Shown piece after piece: positions 63,563-64,000 of a stretch of DNA of 64,000 nt; within the stretch, counting starts at the first letter, position 1; every line of letters starts with the position of its first letter. This DNA comes from Pecten maximus (Eukaryota). Location: NCBI RefSeq assembly GCF_902652985.1, contig NC_047022.1, positions 29,140,001-29,204,000 on the forward strand. The letters run 5' to 3'. The notes beneath the pieces were generated by a model. It was not told the DNA's origin. It searched no databases and worked only from the letters and a program-made list of their open reading frames with translations. The position numbers were made by a program, and so were the translations under genes.

Positions 63563-64000
63563 GTAAGTAAGATATGTAATATCCATATAAGTGTGAAAAA
63601 TAGAGGACATTCTGATATCTCTGTGTACTGGATTATTGCGTCGTTGTGTTACAGTGTAAAGAGAATGATTTACTTATGTTTGAAGAATGATAAATACGTT
63701 CATGTGTACTATGGTTACACATAATTTGGCATTTTAAAAAGGTATTTGCTTTTCATCGATAAACACCAGATGCCTGGAATAATTTACAACTAACGTCACG
63801 TTAATAGAACGACAAAAGGACATTATTTGTACCTGTAACAACACAATACCATATATTTATTAGCTGGTATATTTCCTGTTATAATACATCACCTGGACTG
63901 AATCGATAGTCTCAGTCGTCACACGGTCGGAGCTAGTTGACAAACATTGCAGTACCGTGCCTTGTACAGTTGTTTATTTGACGGGGAGTGGGGTTGTTCG

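Overview
AT-rich, repeat-rich animal genomic DNA with spliceosomal introns. It is probably a bivalve mollusc (inferred from the TE families and frequent TACATGTA; not provable here). There are two complete host genes and the start of a third. (1) A 1282-aa C2H2 zinc-finger gene with a single coding exon (16174-20022, about 23 fingers in four related clusters). (2) A 23-coding-exon polycystin-1-family (PKD1-like) gene, reconstructed by hand with consistent splice phases (25474-44850, about 1721 aa). It is unusually compact, carries a von Willebrand A (VWA) exon inside the GAIN region, and its GPS motif lacks all cysteines and the H-L-T cleavage triad. (3) The first exons of a tandem paralog of that gene (about 59184/59869 to past the window end). 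Mobile DNA includes a 5'-truncated L2/CR1-like LINE, Harbinger-type MITEs, a Helentron/HINE-like element, Tx1/L1 relics, an ISL2EU/Harbinger transposase relic, long-hairpin elements and a decayed Ngaro/DIRS-group tyrosine-recombinase retrotransposon with an SGNH hydrolase. The Helentron-like element is interrupted by a young 4.1-kb A-B-A-B-A composite insertion whose 649-bp direct repeats each have their own terminal inverted repeats. Most short ORFs in the supplied track are spurious or are exon fragments.
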